Source of the DNA: Moniliella sp. 'wahieum'
Taxonomy: Eukaryota
Assembly (NCBI GenBank): GCA_003971905.1
Contig: RSEE01000064.1
Coordinates: 310,001 to 374,000 of the forward strand
Direction: 5' to 3'
Length of the DNA stretch: 64,000 nt
Position numbers and translations under genes: made by a program. Shown here in pieces: positions 14,012-25,842 of the stretch. The notes beneath the pieces were generated by a model, which saw nothing but the letters and a program-made list of their open reading frames with translations, was not told the DNA's origin and made no database searches. The number at the start of each line of letters is the position of its first letter. Position 1 is the stretch's first letter.

Positions 14012-17000
14012 GGGAGGGATCGGCGACAAGCGACCCGCGACAAGCTTGATCGATCTCAAGATCCCAAGGTCTCACGTTCTCAAGTGACTGACTAGTGAGC
14101 GCAGAGCTAGCACATCCACTGGCCACTTTTCTGCTAGATTTCTTCCCTCAATATTCAATGGCCTCTCAATATGCATATTCAGCATTCAGCAGCTCGGCCC
14201 TTAGGCTCAGCATCCCATTATGGATCGGATACGTTGGGCTCTCCCCGCGCTCGCCGGGGCACCGGGCCCACGTCGCGGTCACGCGGTCAGCACAATCCGC
14301 ACCAGCAGGTAACAGCAGGCACCATCAGCACAACGCGATGAGTCTGAGAGAGGGGGACGTTCCTTGGTCCGCAACCTGAGCGCCTGAGCAGTGGCTAAGT
14401 GGCTAGTGGCTAGTGGCGCCGCATTGCATTCCGAGTGAGATCTGGGATGTACGATGTGGGAGCGGGTGCCCCGCCAAGGATCGAACGGATTGGAGGTTGG
14501 AGGTTGGAGGTTGGACGTTGGACGTTGGGGGGGTGCTTACTTCCTTAGTTACTCATTACTAGTAGGTCCTAGGTCTTACTATTGGTACTAGGTACTCGAG
14601 TTGGATGAGATCGGGAGATCTGAGATCTGAGGAAAGAGTTGCTCAGCAACGCGGGCTCAGCATCTCGGCGCTCAGCGCTCAGCATGCTCAGCGTGCTCAG
14701 GCTCTCAGATCTCAATCCCGCCGAGATGGAGTGAAGCTGAAGCTAGAGACGCAGAGGCCCAATAGAGACTAGTGACTAGTGACTAGTGGCGAGTGATTAG
14801 TACTTAGTGGTGACTTGTGACTTGACGTGACGAGTGACGGTCTATATGGAGAGCCCATGTGATGGATCCGATTTGCTTGGCGCGGTCACCAAGTCACTGC
14901 CCAAAGGCATACTGGGCTCATGCGCTTTTGCACTCATGGGGTCAGCGCTCAGCCTGAGCGCTGAGCCAGCGGGGGATCCCGGGCAGCATGGTGATGAGCA
15001 AGCTTGGCTGCGACAATGCACAACATGTAACAATGCACAATGCAGAATGGGCGGCCGATGGGGACTGGCACACGCAGTCCGCAGTACGCTCTAGCAGCCA
15101 GGATTCTGTTTTCCTTCACGTGGGTTGAAATGAGCTGTTTGCATGGCCCACTGTATAGATCAGATCTGACTGAGATCTCAAGAGGATCTCAGATCTGAAT
15201 CTCAGATGCAGAGTAGACTGATTTGGAGCACCAACGTGGATTGTCAGTACTCAGTACTCAGTATTCAGTACTCAGTACAGCTATAGTACTGTGTGTACTG
15301 AGTGTACTGAGTACCGTGTGCAGTGTCGGGGGTCGTGTGGTAGTAGTACACCGTGTTGTCCTTCGCGCAGGGGCTGCAGCAGGTTAGTCGATAGAGCGTG
15401 GCACGAAAAAAAAAAGCACCAGGGTTTTGCCAACAGCTTCAAGCTTCAAGTGTGATGTGTGACGCGTGACGCATCGTGCCAGGGGCTTCAAGCTTCAAAG
15501 CTTCGATGGCCACCGGCCACCTGAGGCCTAACCAGCGCCCGGCCCCCCCACCACGCATCCACCCCAGCGCGCCGCGTGTTGGCAACGTACGCCATGCTGC
15601 GAGCGGCCAACCAGGCCAACCACGCGAATGGGGACCAGCAGAGTGGGTAGCCGGTACCTGGTACACGTTACGCGTTACACGTTACATGTTACACAGCCAG
15701 TGCGTTTCAGGAGCGGCGATTGTCAGACAAGACAAAGACACCTTGCGCCGCAGCTAGGTCCCCTAAGGCCTAAGTCCAGGGTGTGTGTCCGCACGCCGCA
15801 GGCCGCCCAAACGTCAAACGCTTTCCGCCCAGCACAGGCAGGGGGGGCAGTGTCAGCGTCGCAGGCAGTGGCGGGCAGTGGTGTGCAGTGTTGTGCAGGG
15901 TTATGAAGATGAGGTCGAGGAAAAAGGGGCCGGCTGCGGCCTTGGTGCCTTGGATCCACTGCTGCGCGCTAGGCGCTAGGCGCTCGGACCAGATCCCACC
16001 AGTCACTCCAGGCTACTGCTAAGCCCTGCGCGAAACTAAAAGCGGCGCGCGGTGGTCGACACCGCGATGAACGGTGATTGATCATCAGCGGTGGATGATT
16101 GATCGATGATCGGCGTGCGCAGCAATACGCGCTACGCACAATACGCACTAGTTGGTGGATGTATACCGTGGAACGTGGATCCGCCAAATGCTTAATCCTC
16201 CGTCTACGAGTGGCCTATCCTATTATGGGTTAACGCATTGAAGTGTTGACATTGGCGCTGCGAATGCGAATGCGAATGCGACAGACAAGTATTGAATTGC
16301 ACTGCACTAGGCACTATTGAATGAAAGCAGGCAGAAGCCATGCATGTGTCAACTAACGGGTCAACCAACGTGTCCACCAACGTGTCAATAACGTTCAACG
16401 TTCTCAACGTCCAAACGCGTCCGGCAAGGGTGAGTACGAGTACTCAGTAACTCAATACTGAACTGAGTTCAACGTACTAATTAAACGTTACGCGTTACCG
16501 TTACACTTACGCCTTAAACCACTGCCACACTCAGAATAGTACCTCCATACTGTGCGCCACAACACGCGTCGGTGGCAACAGAGAGAACGGAGCATGAGCG
16601 TGGCGCGACGATGCAAGGTATACCGCTGTCAACGTGTGGCATTGATGTGCACATGCAATGAGATCTGAGAGATGAGATATCCATGAGAGGTGAGAGATGG
16701 GTGCCGGGTGCTAGGTTATGGGTGCTGGGTGCTGGGTACTACATATACTCGCACAGGAGGCTGCAACGCAAAAGTTGTACCCACCAAAACGCGTAACGCG
16801 AACCAACGAAGAATTCAACGCATAACCCGAAACCGACAACCGACAACTACTGAGGAATGTTAACCGCGATATAATGCGTTCATGGGTGGATCCAGGAAGC
16901 TTCAAGCTTCGTGTTGCCAAACGTGACTTGAACGGAAAACGTTGAACGTCGAACCACCGCAGGCCGAGATTTGCGTAATCGAGCTGTATTTGGGTAGTGG

Positions 17001-19532
17001 TTACATTCTGGCATCGGAGGTCTGAGGGGCCTGGGACTGAAGTCTGAGGTCTCCGGTCTCATCCTCACATCTCAGAGCGCTTCTCGCACAGATCTCACAT
17101 CTCACAGCTCACGCCCGGCTAACTTGACGGTTAGGGTAACCCACAGTGTCATTGTCAACATGTCGAGGGAACAAGGATGATGACGCGCGATATGACGGAA
17201 GAGATCGATCACGCTGCGTACCCGAAGACGGTATACGAAGGGAGAGAGAAGCAACCTTTGTTCGTGTACTACTATACAAACTAAAAAAGGGTTATGACGT
17301 GAAAAGGGAAAGAGCTGCCTCTCTCTCGAGTGTGGAACAAAATCAGGGACTACACAACAAAAATACGATGCCCAACATACCACAAACAACACGGCTAGGG
17401 GGGCGGGGGTTGCACTCATCAAAGGAAACACGCGTTCCCGTACAAATTTCTTCCTTTCGCCGTCAAGATGACGAGATCGAGGCGGAAAAATGACCGTGAA
17501 TATATGTGAGACCCTGTACGTGTAGATAGAAGAAGTGTAAAAAACAACTAAACAGAATATGACATGGGCACCTTTGATTCCGCGTCGACCCCGTGATCCA
17601 GATACCATTGCCAGATCCACCCTACCATAAGACTCTTGTTTTCTCTTCCCTACCCATGCAACATCCTGTTCCGTTGTTACAAAGCGAGAGGGTCGTATAC
17701 ATGTACACTAGAGTTCGCCTATACGCTACTCAAATGATATAATAGGAGGCCCTAGCTTACAGTTCACACACATGTGTTGCGTCCGTACAGGCGTCGCCTT
17801 CTCTGCTGTTCACTGCATCTGCTTGTTTTCTCTCGGCCTCCTACCGCTGTTCCTTCCTATAAAAGCATTGTCTCCGTGAAGTAGATGAAATGGAGATGTG
17901 CCCATAGTAGTACAAAGTGGGGGTGAGAAGGTTAAGGGTGAATCATCAGTATCGTTTTCTTTTGGGGGTTTGTTTTGTCGCCAAAGACGCTTTGCTATAT
18001 ACATATTGATGGACGTTTTTGTGCGCCTCTCTGGTGCGAACCTCTCTGTGGGGTTCATCGTCACTTGCGATGAGCCGGCCGACTCGCTACAAAAAACAAA
18101 CTCGGGGGCGTGGAGATGGGAGTGATGGATGGTTGGACGGTCTTTTTGTTTCCGTTGAATGAAATTGTGTGGGCAGGGTAGAGGCTGGTCAACATGCGTG
18201 TAGTTCTAGTTGTCTGCACTCCTTTTCTTGTAGCCGTCGGCAGCGTGAGCCAACGGATTGTTTGGGGGGGCGGAGAGCCGCAAGGACAGAGCCTCAGCCG
18301 GAGATGGCGCTAGGATGGGAGAGTGCATTCGCATTCAACCACTGACGAACACCCATGCTACCCAACCCACTCTGGCGACTGGTAGTAGTACTACTATAGG
18401 GACGTAGAGGTAGACTGGGATGGGGGGCTGCCGATTACGTGATGCATGTGTGTGCACGCGCTTGGATATGCCCCGGATGACGTAACGCGCGTGCCGGATG
18501 GAAGCGCCTGGAAGCGGCCTGGGTCACGTGAAGTTAGGCACTGGGCGATCTGAAGGCCATGCCAGGGTGTTCGATGACACACGTCATGCATCACGCCCTT
18601 GCGTCCCCCTCGGCCTGATCGATCTGCCCATCCACTCGTCGGAACTTGCTGGCCAGCCAACCCCCCCGTCTACGAGGGGGGGTGAGCCCCACCTGAGGCC
18701 CGAGGGGGTATCGAGTATCGTTTAACCCGGAGCGGCAACGCCAGTGACAGTGTGCTAGCCCTCAGGTGTGACGTGTGCCAGGGACAGCTGTGTGATGGGG
18801 TGGCAGAGGGATGGATGAGCCGATGGCAATGCGTGATGTGGCTTCGGGGTTTGCGTGGTGCGTCCAGCAGCAGGCTGCCCCCGTGCAGGCGGTTGCCAAG
18901 GGATGCGGGAGGCGGGAGGCGGCGTGGGGCGTGTGTACGCAGCTGCGGTCCCACATCCAAAAACGGGGGGACTGGCTGTGGCAGCGGGGCCGCGCCTGCC
19001 GCCCCCCTGCAGGCCCAGCGTGGAAGGGGGGGGGGCTGCAGCGGCGCGGGGCGAGTGTGTGCACGAGGGCTGCCTTCGCGCGCGCTCTCTTCTGCCGCAG
19101 CGCACCAAGCCACTGCACCACCCACGACGCTCTGCCTAAGGCCAAACCAGCCAGTGCGCTCTGGGGCGGCGCGGCACCCGCGGGGCCGACCGCCAAAGTG
19201 CGGGGGAGCAGCCCGGCTGCCCGGCGAGCCAGCAGAGCGCTGCCGCAGCCCGCACCGGCCCAGTGTCGCCGCCCAGGTACTCCCGCGTCTGCTCCTTGCA
19301 GCTTGCACTCCTCTTCCGCACCTCGGCCGTCTGCTGCAAGTCCGCCAGCGCCCCCCGTGCTGCCCCCGCGCCGTCGTGTGACAGCGAGCCTGATGCATGG
19401 GGGTGCATGCAGCATGGGTGAGGATGCGGCTGCGAGGGACTGGGATAGCTAGTAGCTAGCCTAGCGTGGATGCCAGCCCAAGCCGTTCTTGCTCTCGTGT
19501 GGCGCCTCGTCCCCAGCGTCTGCCCGCCCACA

Positions 19533-19578
19533 CTCCACCTCCACCTCCACCTCCACCTCCACCTCCACCTCCACCTCC
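19533..19578 (+). repeat. (CTCCAC)n hexanucleotide microsatellite just upstream of the RhoGAP ATG
   Basis: About 7 consecutive CTCCAC units. Confidence 0.9.
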
Positions 19579-19617
19579 CCCGCCACCTCCATCTGCATTG
19601 CGCCCTAAGGCCTAGCC

Positions 19618-22600
19618 ATGCCCCCCGCCGTCTCCGACCCCCCGGCGCCTGCCCCGCCGTGGCCAGTCGCACGCGCGTCCGCGTCACCCGCGCGCTTGCC
19701 CGCCACCGCCGCGACCCCCCCCGTCCGCCGCGCCCGCAGCCGCCCCTCGCCCCGCCCCGCGCCCCGCCGCCCGCCGGTTTGGCGTGCCTCTCGCCCAGTC
19801 CCTCGCCGTCGCCAGCGTCAACATCACCACCCCGCGCGCGTCCGCCGCCGACGACAGCCCGCCCCAGCTCGTGTTCTGGGGCCGGGTGCCGTATGTGGTG
19901 GCGCGGCTGGGCAACCTGCTCAAGGCGGACGCAGTCGAGATCGAGGGTGTGTTTCGCAAGGTGGGCTCGCAACGGCGCATGAAGCTGCTGCAGCACGCAT
20001 TTGAGCAGCCGCCCCAGTATGGCCGCCAGATCGACTGGGCCCACGAACCCTATACTGTCCATGATGCGGCGAGTCTGCTGCGCCGCTTCATCATCTCCCC
20101 CAGCCCCTCGTGCCCCTCGCCCTGTGGCAGTCCTTCCGCGCTGTCCTCGTCGCCGACAGCCGTGCCCCGCTGCTCGACCGCACTGCCAGCACCTACGACG
20201 CCGCCTCGCTCGCCTCGGCAGATAACTGGGCCGCTGCCTCTGCCGCGTCGGGGGGCAGGCCATGCTCGCTTCTCGCTCCAACGTGTCGGCCTTGGCCCCT
20301 GCCGCCACTGCCACTGCCACTGCCACCGCCACCGCCACCGATTCCTCCGTTCCGAACCATGCGGTGCACCAGTTTAACCAGCTGATCCAACGCTGCCCGG
20401 GAAAACCGACATTTGCTGCTGTACCTACTGGACTTGCTTTCGGTCTTTGCCCAACACGCTAGCAAAAACTTGATGACAGCCAGTAACCTGGCAGTGATTT
20501 TCCAGCCTGGTTTCTTCTACCACCCTTCCTTGCTGACCCAGCCCGAGGAACACCAACTAGCCGTGCAGGTGCTTGAGTTTCTCATCCTACACCATGCTGC
20601 TTTGGTCGCCGCCGCGGCTGCGCCCCCGTCCCGTCCTTCTCCGCCCGACCCCACTCTTCTAGCACCCCCGTCCGCTGCAGCGCGACCTCGTGTCGACGCC
20701 CCGGAGGTCAATCGTAGCGAGGGGCAGGGACAGGGGCAAGAGAAGGTACAAGAGCAAGTGCAAGCGCAGGGACAGGTGCAGGGACAGTCCGCCGCTCCCC
20801 TCTTAGACACGCCCATTGCTCGTCCCGCTCCTAAAGACCCCCAGCCAAGTTCCAGTGAACCGCATGCCCACTTTGCCCTGACTCCCAGGTCCAGGCCTCA
20901 CGGTCTTGCCACCGATCCTTCGCCTCCGCTGGCCGAGCGCGATGCCCAGGCCGCGCCCAAGGACCAGGACCAGAAACAGGACCAGGAGCAGGAACCGGAC
21001 CAGGAACCGGACCCGCAACGCCATGCCAGTCAACGCACGACGTCCACCGTTGGTTCTAGTGCGCTGACCAGCACGGGTGCCGCCTCGGCGACCTATACTT
21101 TACCCACCTCGGTCGAGGGGAGCGTTGCTCCCCCTCCCATCGCTGGTCCGCAGCCGAACGTCTCAGCTGCCGTCTCTTCGAGCGTGTCAGCTGGTGTCGC
21201 ATCAGGTGTGTCATCGGGTATGGTATCCGCTTTGCCTCCCCCACCCACTACCGCCGCCGCTGCCGCCACCGCGTCCCCGCCCCCACCCAAATCCCAACGG
21301 CTGCCTGCGGACCAGTCTGCGCCACTACAGTCCCCTCCCCGCCGCGACCGATCCCGCAAGAACGCGAGGAACCCCGGCACCATCCTTCCCGGTACGGTCG
21401 TCAGTCCGCTCCGTGCCCCCGTCCTCGATCCCGAACCCGGACCCGGACCTGACCCCACCACGACCAACACCAAGTTGGGCCGATCCCATTCCCACTCCAA
21501 CTCTCACGCTCACTCTCACTCTGACGCTCACGCTCACTCTGATGCACACGTACACACTCATTCTGACGCTCATGCTCATGCTCATGCACACGCTACCCCG
21601 CGTCCTGCTGCAAGTAAGACTTCACGTTCCGGCTCCCGGAGGGAAGGCCCGGTGCCATTAGGCACGCTGAGCGTGACGGAGCAGACGTTGGTGCGCCATG
21701 GCAGCAAGCGATCTACCGCTTCGGCTTCGGCTTCGGCTTCGCGACGCCGCACCAAGGTGCACCCTCAGGCCCCCATTGTGGCTTCCGACCAAGCGGAGCA
21801 AGCGGAGCAGGTCGAACAAGTGGGGCAAGTGGAGCAAAGGGAACAAGGGATAAAGGCAGGTGCAGTACGCCGGAGTAACACTGCACCCTCGCGTCTCGGA
21901 CGCGGACGCCGCAGTGTGCGGGGTGCTGGGGCGTCTGGGGTAGGTGGGGCAAGTGCGGCAAGTGCGGCAGGTGGGGTAAGTGGAAGTGGTACAGCTCCCA
22001 CCCTAGTGCCTACTACTCGACCTTGGCACCACGCTCTTAATTCCCCTCCCCGTGCCCCGGAGCGCCCTGCCGTACCCGATCCAACACTCGCTCCTCCCTC
22101 TCGTCCTGTCCCTGCCCCTGCCCCTGCTCCTGCCTTCTCCCCTGCCCCTGCCCCTGCCCCTGCGCCGACCTCGACGCTTGCGGCTGCACCTGGCGCAGCG
22201 GACGGTGGCGCAGCGTGCGTGCCCCCGCCCCCACGCAAGTCCAAGAAAGGCTGGCGCACCACTTGGACCCAAACTTTCACCGCCTTGACTCAACCACTTA
22301 ACCTTTCCCCGTCCTTATCTCCTGGCCCGCTCGCCCGCTCCAAGTCCTGGTCCAAGACCCGCAGGCGACGCCACGAGGAGACCAAGCTTAACCCTCAAGC
22401 TCAAGCTCAAGTTCAACCCCAAGCTCAAGATCAAGATCAAAGTCAAAGTCAAGGAGCTCTCCCGCCCGTAGCTGTACCCGTGCCCGTACGCGTGCCGGCA
22501 CGCGAGCCTGATACCGACCCCACGGCTACCACCACGGCGCAAAAGGCCACGGAGGCATTGAGTGTTCACCACCCCCACTGGACTGCTGAGCCTGTCGCTG

Positions 22601-22833
22601 TGGCTCCCGGTGCAGTGGGCACGGTGGGAGGGGTGAGACGTAGTACGTCGCTTCGCCTGCCTCGCTCGAATGAGCCGCATCGGTCCTTATCTACCCGGTC
22701 GCAGAAGCACAAGCTCAAGCAGAAGCAGGCGCCAACGCTGATGCAGACGCAGACGCAGATGCCGATGCCGATGCAGATGCCGATGCAGACCCAGAAACGG
22801 CATGCGGTAGGCAGCGTCGGGGTGCGGTCCTGA
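19618..22833 (+). CDS. Rho GTPase-activating protein, Sac7/Bag7-like (frameshifts in the 5' part)
   Basis: RhoGAP motifs span frames: VPYVVARLGNLLK, EGVFRKVGSQRRMKLLQ (arginine finger), YTVHDAASLLRRFI, and LLLYLLDLLSVFAQHASKNLMTASNLAVIFQPG. The 806-aa open frame 20413-22833 has a long disordered tail. Frame switches occur near 19.7, 20.1 and 20.4 kb. Confidence 0.88.
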
Positions 22834-23802
22834 GTTGTGAACGTGGGTCAAGACCGTGCTGGGGCCTTGGGTGAACGGAGGTGTTCGAGTAGCGGGTGCA
22901 GAGCGGGTGCCGTACCAGGTGGGCGATGGGGCTCTACTTGCTTTTTGCTTTTTGTATTTTGGTCTTTGGGTTTTGGGTTTTGGGTTTTGGGTTTTGGTGT
23001 TGTGCGATGTGGGGTTCGCTTCGCTCTTGCTTCTTCTGTCTTTGTGTCTGCTACGCCTACTGTGTTTTTGGTTCCTTTTGGTTTTGTTGGATCTGATTGA
23101 TTGGATGGGTGGTTGGTGGGGCGTTGCCTGCGTCCCTTAATTTGCCCTCCTATTTCGTCACTCGTCATTCGCCACTCGTCATTCGTTCTTCGCTATTCGT
23201 TTTCTTGCTCCTCGTACTCGCTTGCTTAATTGCGCTTGCTTGCCCCTCCATCTACCCCATCCATCCATCGCACCTTTCTTTCTGCTTTCCCGCTCGTGCC
23301 GTGCTGGCAGTCTCAACCTCACTGGTCTCGGCGCGGCGCGGCGTGGACGTTCCCCACCTTTGTCTCCCACCCCTCTCTCGCTCGTTTTTTTTTCTTTTTT
23401 TGCCATGTACTCAATTGCTTGCACTCGTTTGGGGGGCCTCCTGGGCATGCAATGGGCCGCGGTCAAATGTCAAAGTCAAAAGTCGAATTCGTTTTCTCCG
23501 GTGAACGATTCGGCTATTCGTTGGCCGTGGTTCTTGCGCACGCTTTTGGTACCACCACACACTGCAGACCGTCCAGGTCATCGAGTATCGAATGCTCTTA
23601 TTGTGAAATGGGAATGGAAACCTTGTCATCTGTCTCTTGGTCTGTGTCTCTTGATCTGTCTCTTGATCTGTCTCTTGTCGGTTTCTGTCTCATGAGCTGT
23701 CTCGTCGGCTCCGATGTGTTCTGTGGTGGTCCCCTCCGCCCTCCCGCCACCCAAACGGAATTGGGAGTGCATGTGGGGTTGGGGTGGCAGGCCTATGCTC
23801 GA

Positions 23803-23868
23803 GGCATCGACGGCATCGACGGTATTGACGGCATCGGCGGCATCGACGGCATCGACGGCATCGACGGC
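23803..23868 (+). repeat. (GGCATCGAC)n 9-mer tandem repeat between the convergent RhoGAP and MFS genes
   Basis: About 7 imperfect GGCATCGAC units. Confidence 0.85.
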
Positions 23869-24160
23869 AGCAGCTATGTTGGGATGGTGATTCTTACGTC
23901 TATGACATCTACGCTGGCATGGTGATTCTTACCTGTGGCGAGTGCCAAGGGAAGCCAGCTACAGCGGGTGAAAGAACGAAACGATCGATGCGCATTGTCA
24001 CGGATAGATAGGTTGGGAACTAGAGAGCTTGGAAGTTTGGGAGCTTGGTGGGCAAAATATAGGGGACAGAGGGGTGCATGAGAGGTGCATAGAATGATGG
24101 TCGATGTGAGGATGAGGGGGTATAACAACTGAATAGACGTGTGCGTGCCTTAGTTACGCC

Positions 24161-25842
24161 TCACGCCCGATCGTGATGAGCGTGTGTTTGCATGGCCTTT
24201 TCCCGCAACTCGTCTTCCCGCTCCTCCTCAACACCGATTTTAGCTGCCAAACGGGACCGCGCACGAAGCTGGGGGCCCCAGATGTACAGGACAAACGGTG
24301 CCAAGGCCAGGACGAAAGCGACGGCAGCCAAGATGGTCGTGGCCTCTTGCGGCTTGAGTTTCTTGTACATGATGCTTCCGACTGCGTGAGGGTGAGAACG
24401 AGAACGAGAACGAGAAAGAGAACGAGAGGGAAGAAGGAAAAAGAGAGAAGAAACGTACACAGGGAACGTGCCGGCAAACATGTTGCGCAGCCACGAGGAG
24501 GCCGACAGGGCCGAAGAAGCGTACGATTCGTAGCAGTCAGACAAGTATTCCCACACAGCGACGTAAATGAGGTACGTGGAGACATTTGTCCCGACGAAAA
24601 AAACAATACCAGCCGCCGCGTTGATTTGGTGGAGCGTAAGCCAGGCGTAGAGGATCATGGTGACGGGGAACCCAATCCCGCCCACCATCGCATAGTACAG
24701 CCGACTCTCGGGGAGCGCACGTCCATGGGGAGAGTTGCGAGAGTCGCGCTCGTACAGATACTCTTGGTGAAAGTGCATGACGAACCCGATCGCCGCGCCG
24801 GCCACAATGCCGACCAGGACAAGGTTGCATTGCAAGGGGGTGAAGTTGTGTGCGTAGCTGAACGCGGCGGGGACACTGGTAAAGGAGAGAAAGACGATGC
24901 CCCAGCAAAACGCGACCCAGAGAGAAAAACTCATAGTAATCGGCTCGGTAAACAGGATCTTGAAGGGGCGCACGACGGCTTGACGAATCAACTCACTTAA
25001 CGGCGCACGATTCTCTTCTTCCTTGGTGGTGTAAACCACGTTGCGACCTTCGGCTTGGGCTTGCTTGGTGAGACGACGAGCACGTTGCATTAGGATCACG
25101 TTCGAACGTGACTCAACCACGGTGGCCGTCATGATCATCGCCATCACGCCCCCGGCAATCGCTTGAAACCCAAACACCCACCGCCAGGTAGCCCCGCTCG
25201 TCACGATCGCCGAGGCGAACAGACCGCCCAACGACTGGCCCCCAAAGTTGAACAAGACAAACACGGCAAAGGGTAGGCCGCGTACGGAGGCAGGCCACAT
25301 ATCGGCCAAGCTGCCTCCCACCATCGAGTTTCCACTGGCGGTCACGATGCCGAGGAAGAAGCGCGGGATGATGAGGCCTTCCACATTGTACACAACGCCA
25401 GGGGAATGAACATGATGGCGTACAGCCACGAAGAAACGAGGTACAGGTACCGACGTCCAATCAGTTCCGAGATGGGACTAATGGCCATGGGCGCCCAGCA
25501 GACGCCCTGCATCAGACTCAGTGTTCCAATCAAAAAGACGATATGGCCAATGTGGAACTTTTCCTCGACTTGACTTCCGATGGGGCTGTATGCCGATCCG
25601 GCCAAGCCACATACAAACGCATAAGTCGAGAAGACAATCGTATAGAACCAGCGTCTCAAGTGGGACCAGTTCTGCGGATTCGCCTTGTCGTCCTCATCAA
25701 AGTCAATGTAAATCGTGGTGGGTGTGCCGGATTGCGAAGCGACAGTGACCTCGCTTTCGGTGCTGGTATGATCGCGATCCTCATTGTTGGATTTCTGGGG
25801 GTCACCCTTATAGCTTTGGGTAATCGAGGGGGCGGACGACAT
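24161..25842 (-). CDS. MFS drug:H+ antiporter, DHA1 family (Tpo/Flr1-like)
   Basis: ATG 25842 (GCCACCATG). Motifs: DFDEDDKANPQNWSHLRRW, PISELIGRR, RFFLG, GGSLADMW, WRWVF, RPFKILFTEPI, PESRL, YLSDCYESYASSA and GPQLRARS, plus many hydrophobic helices. Intron 24382-24458 (GTACGT..CAG). Frameshifts near 25390 and just before the intron. Confidence 0.92.

Noticed and set aside
13951..15314. CRISPR-like array
   Set aside because: The units are 7-bp tandem repeats with no unique spacers and no cas genes, in a eukaryotic context.
18670..19452. Overlapping 200-240 aa ORFs upstream of the RhoGAP
   Set aside because: They are open in several frames because of very high GC, and they are Arg/Ala/Pro-rich with no domain.
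24382..24458. Arg/Ser-rich insert (SRSLSRSRSRSH) in the MFS ORF translation
   Set aside because: It is a GTACGT..CAG intron that happens to read through in frame because of a nearby indel.
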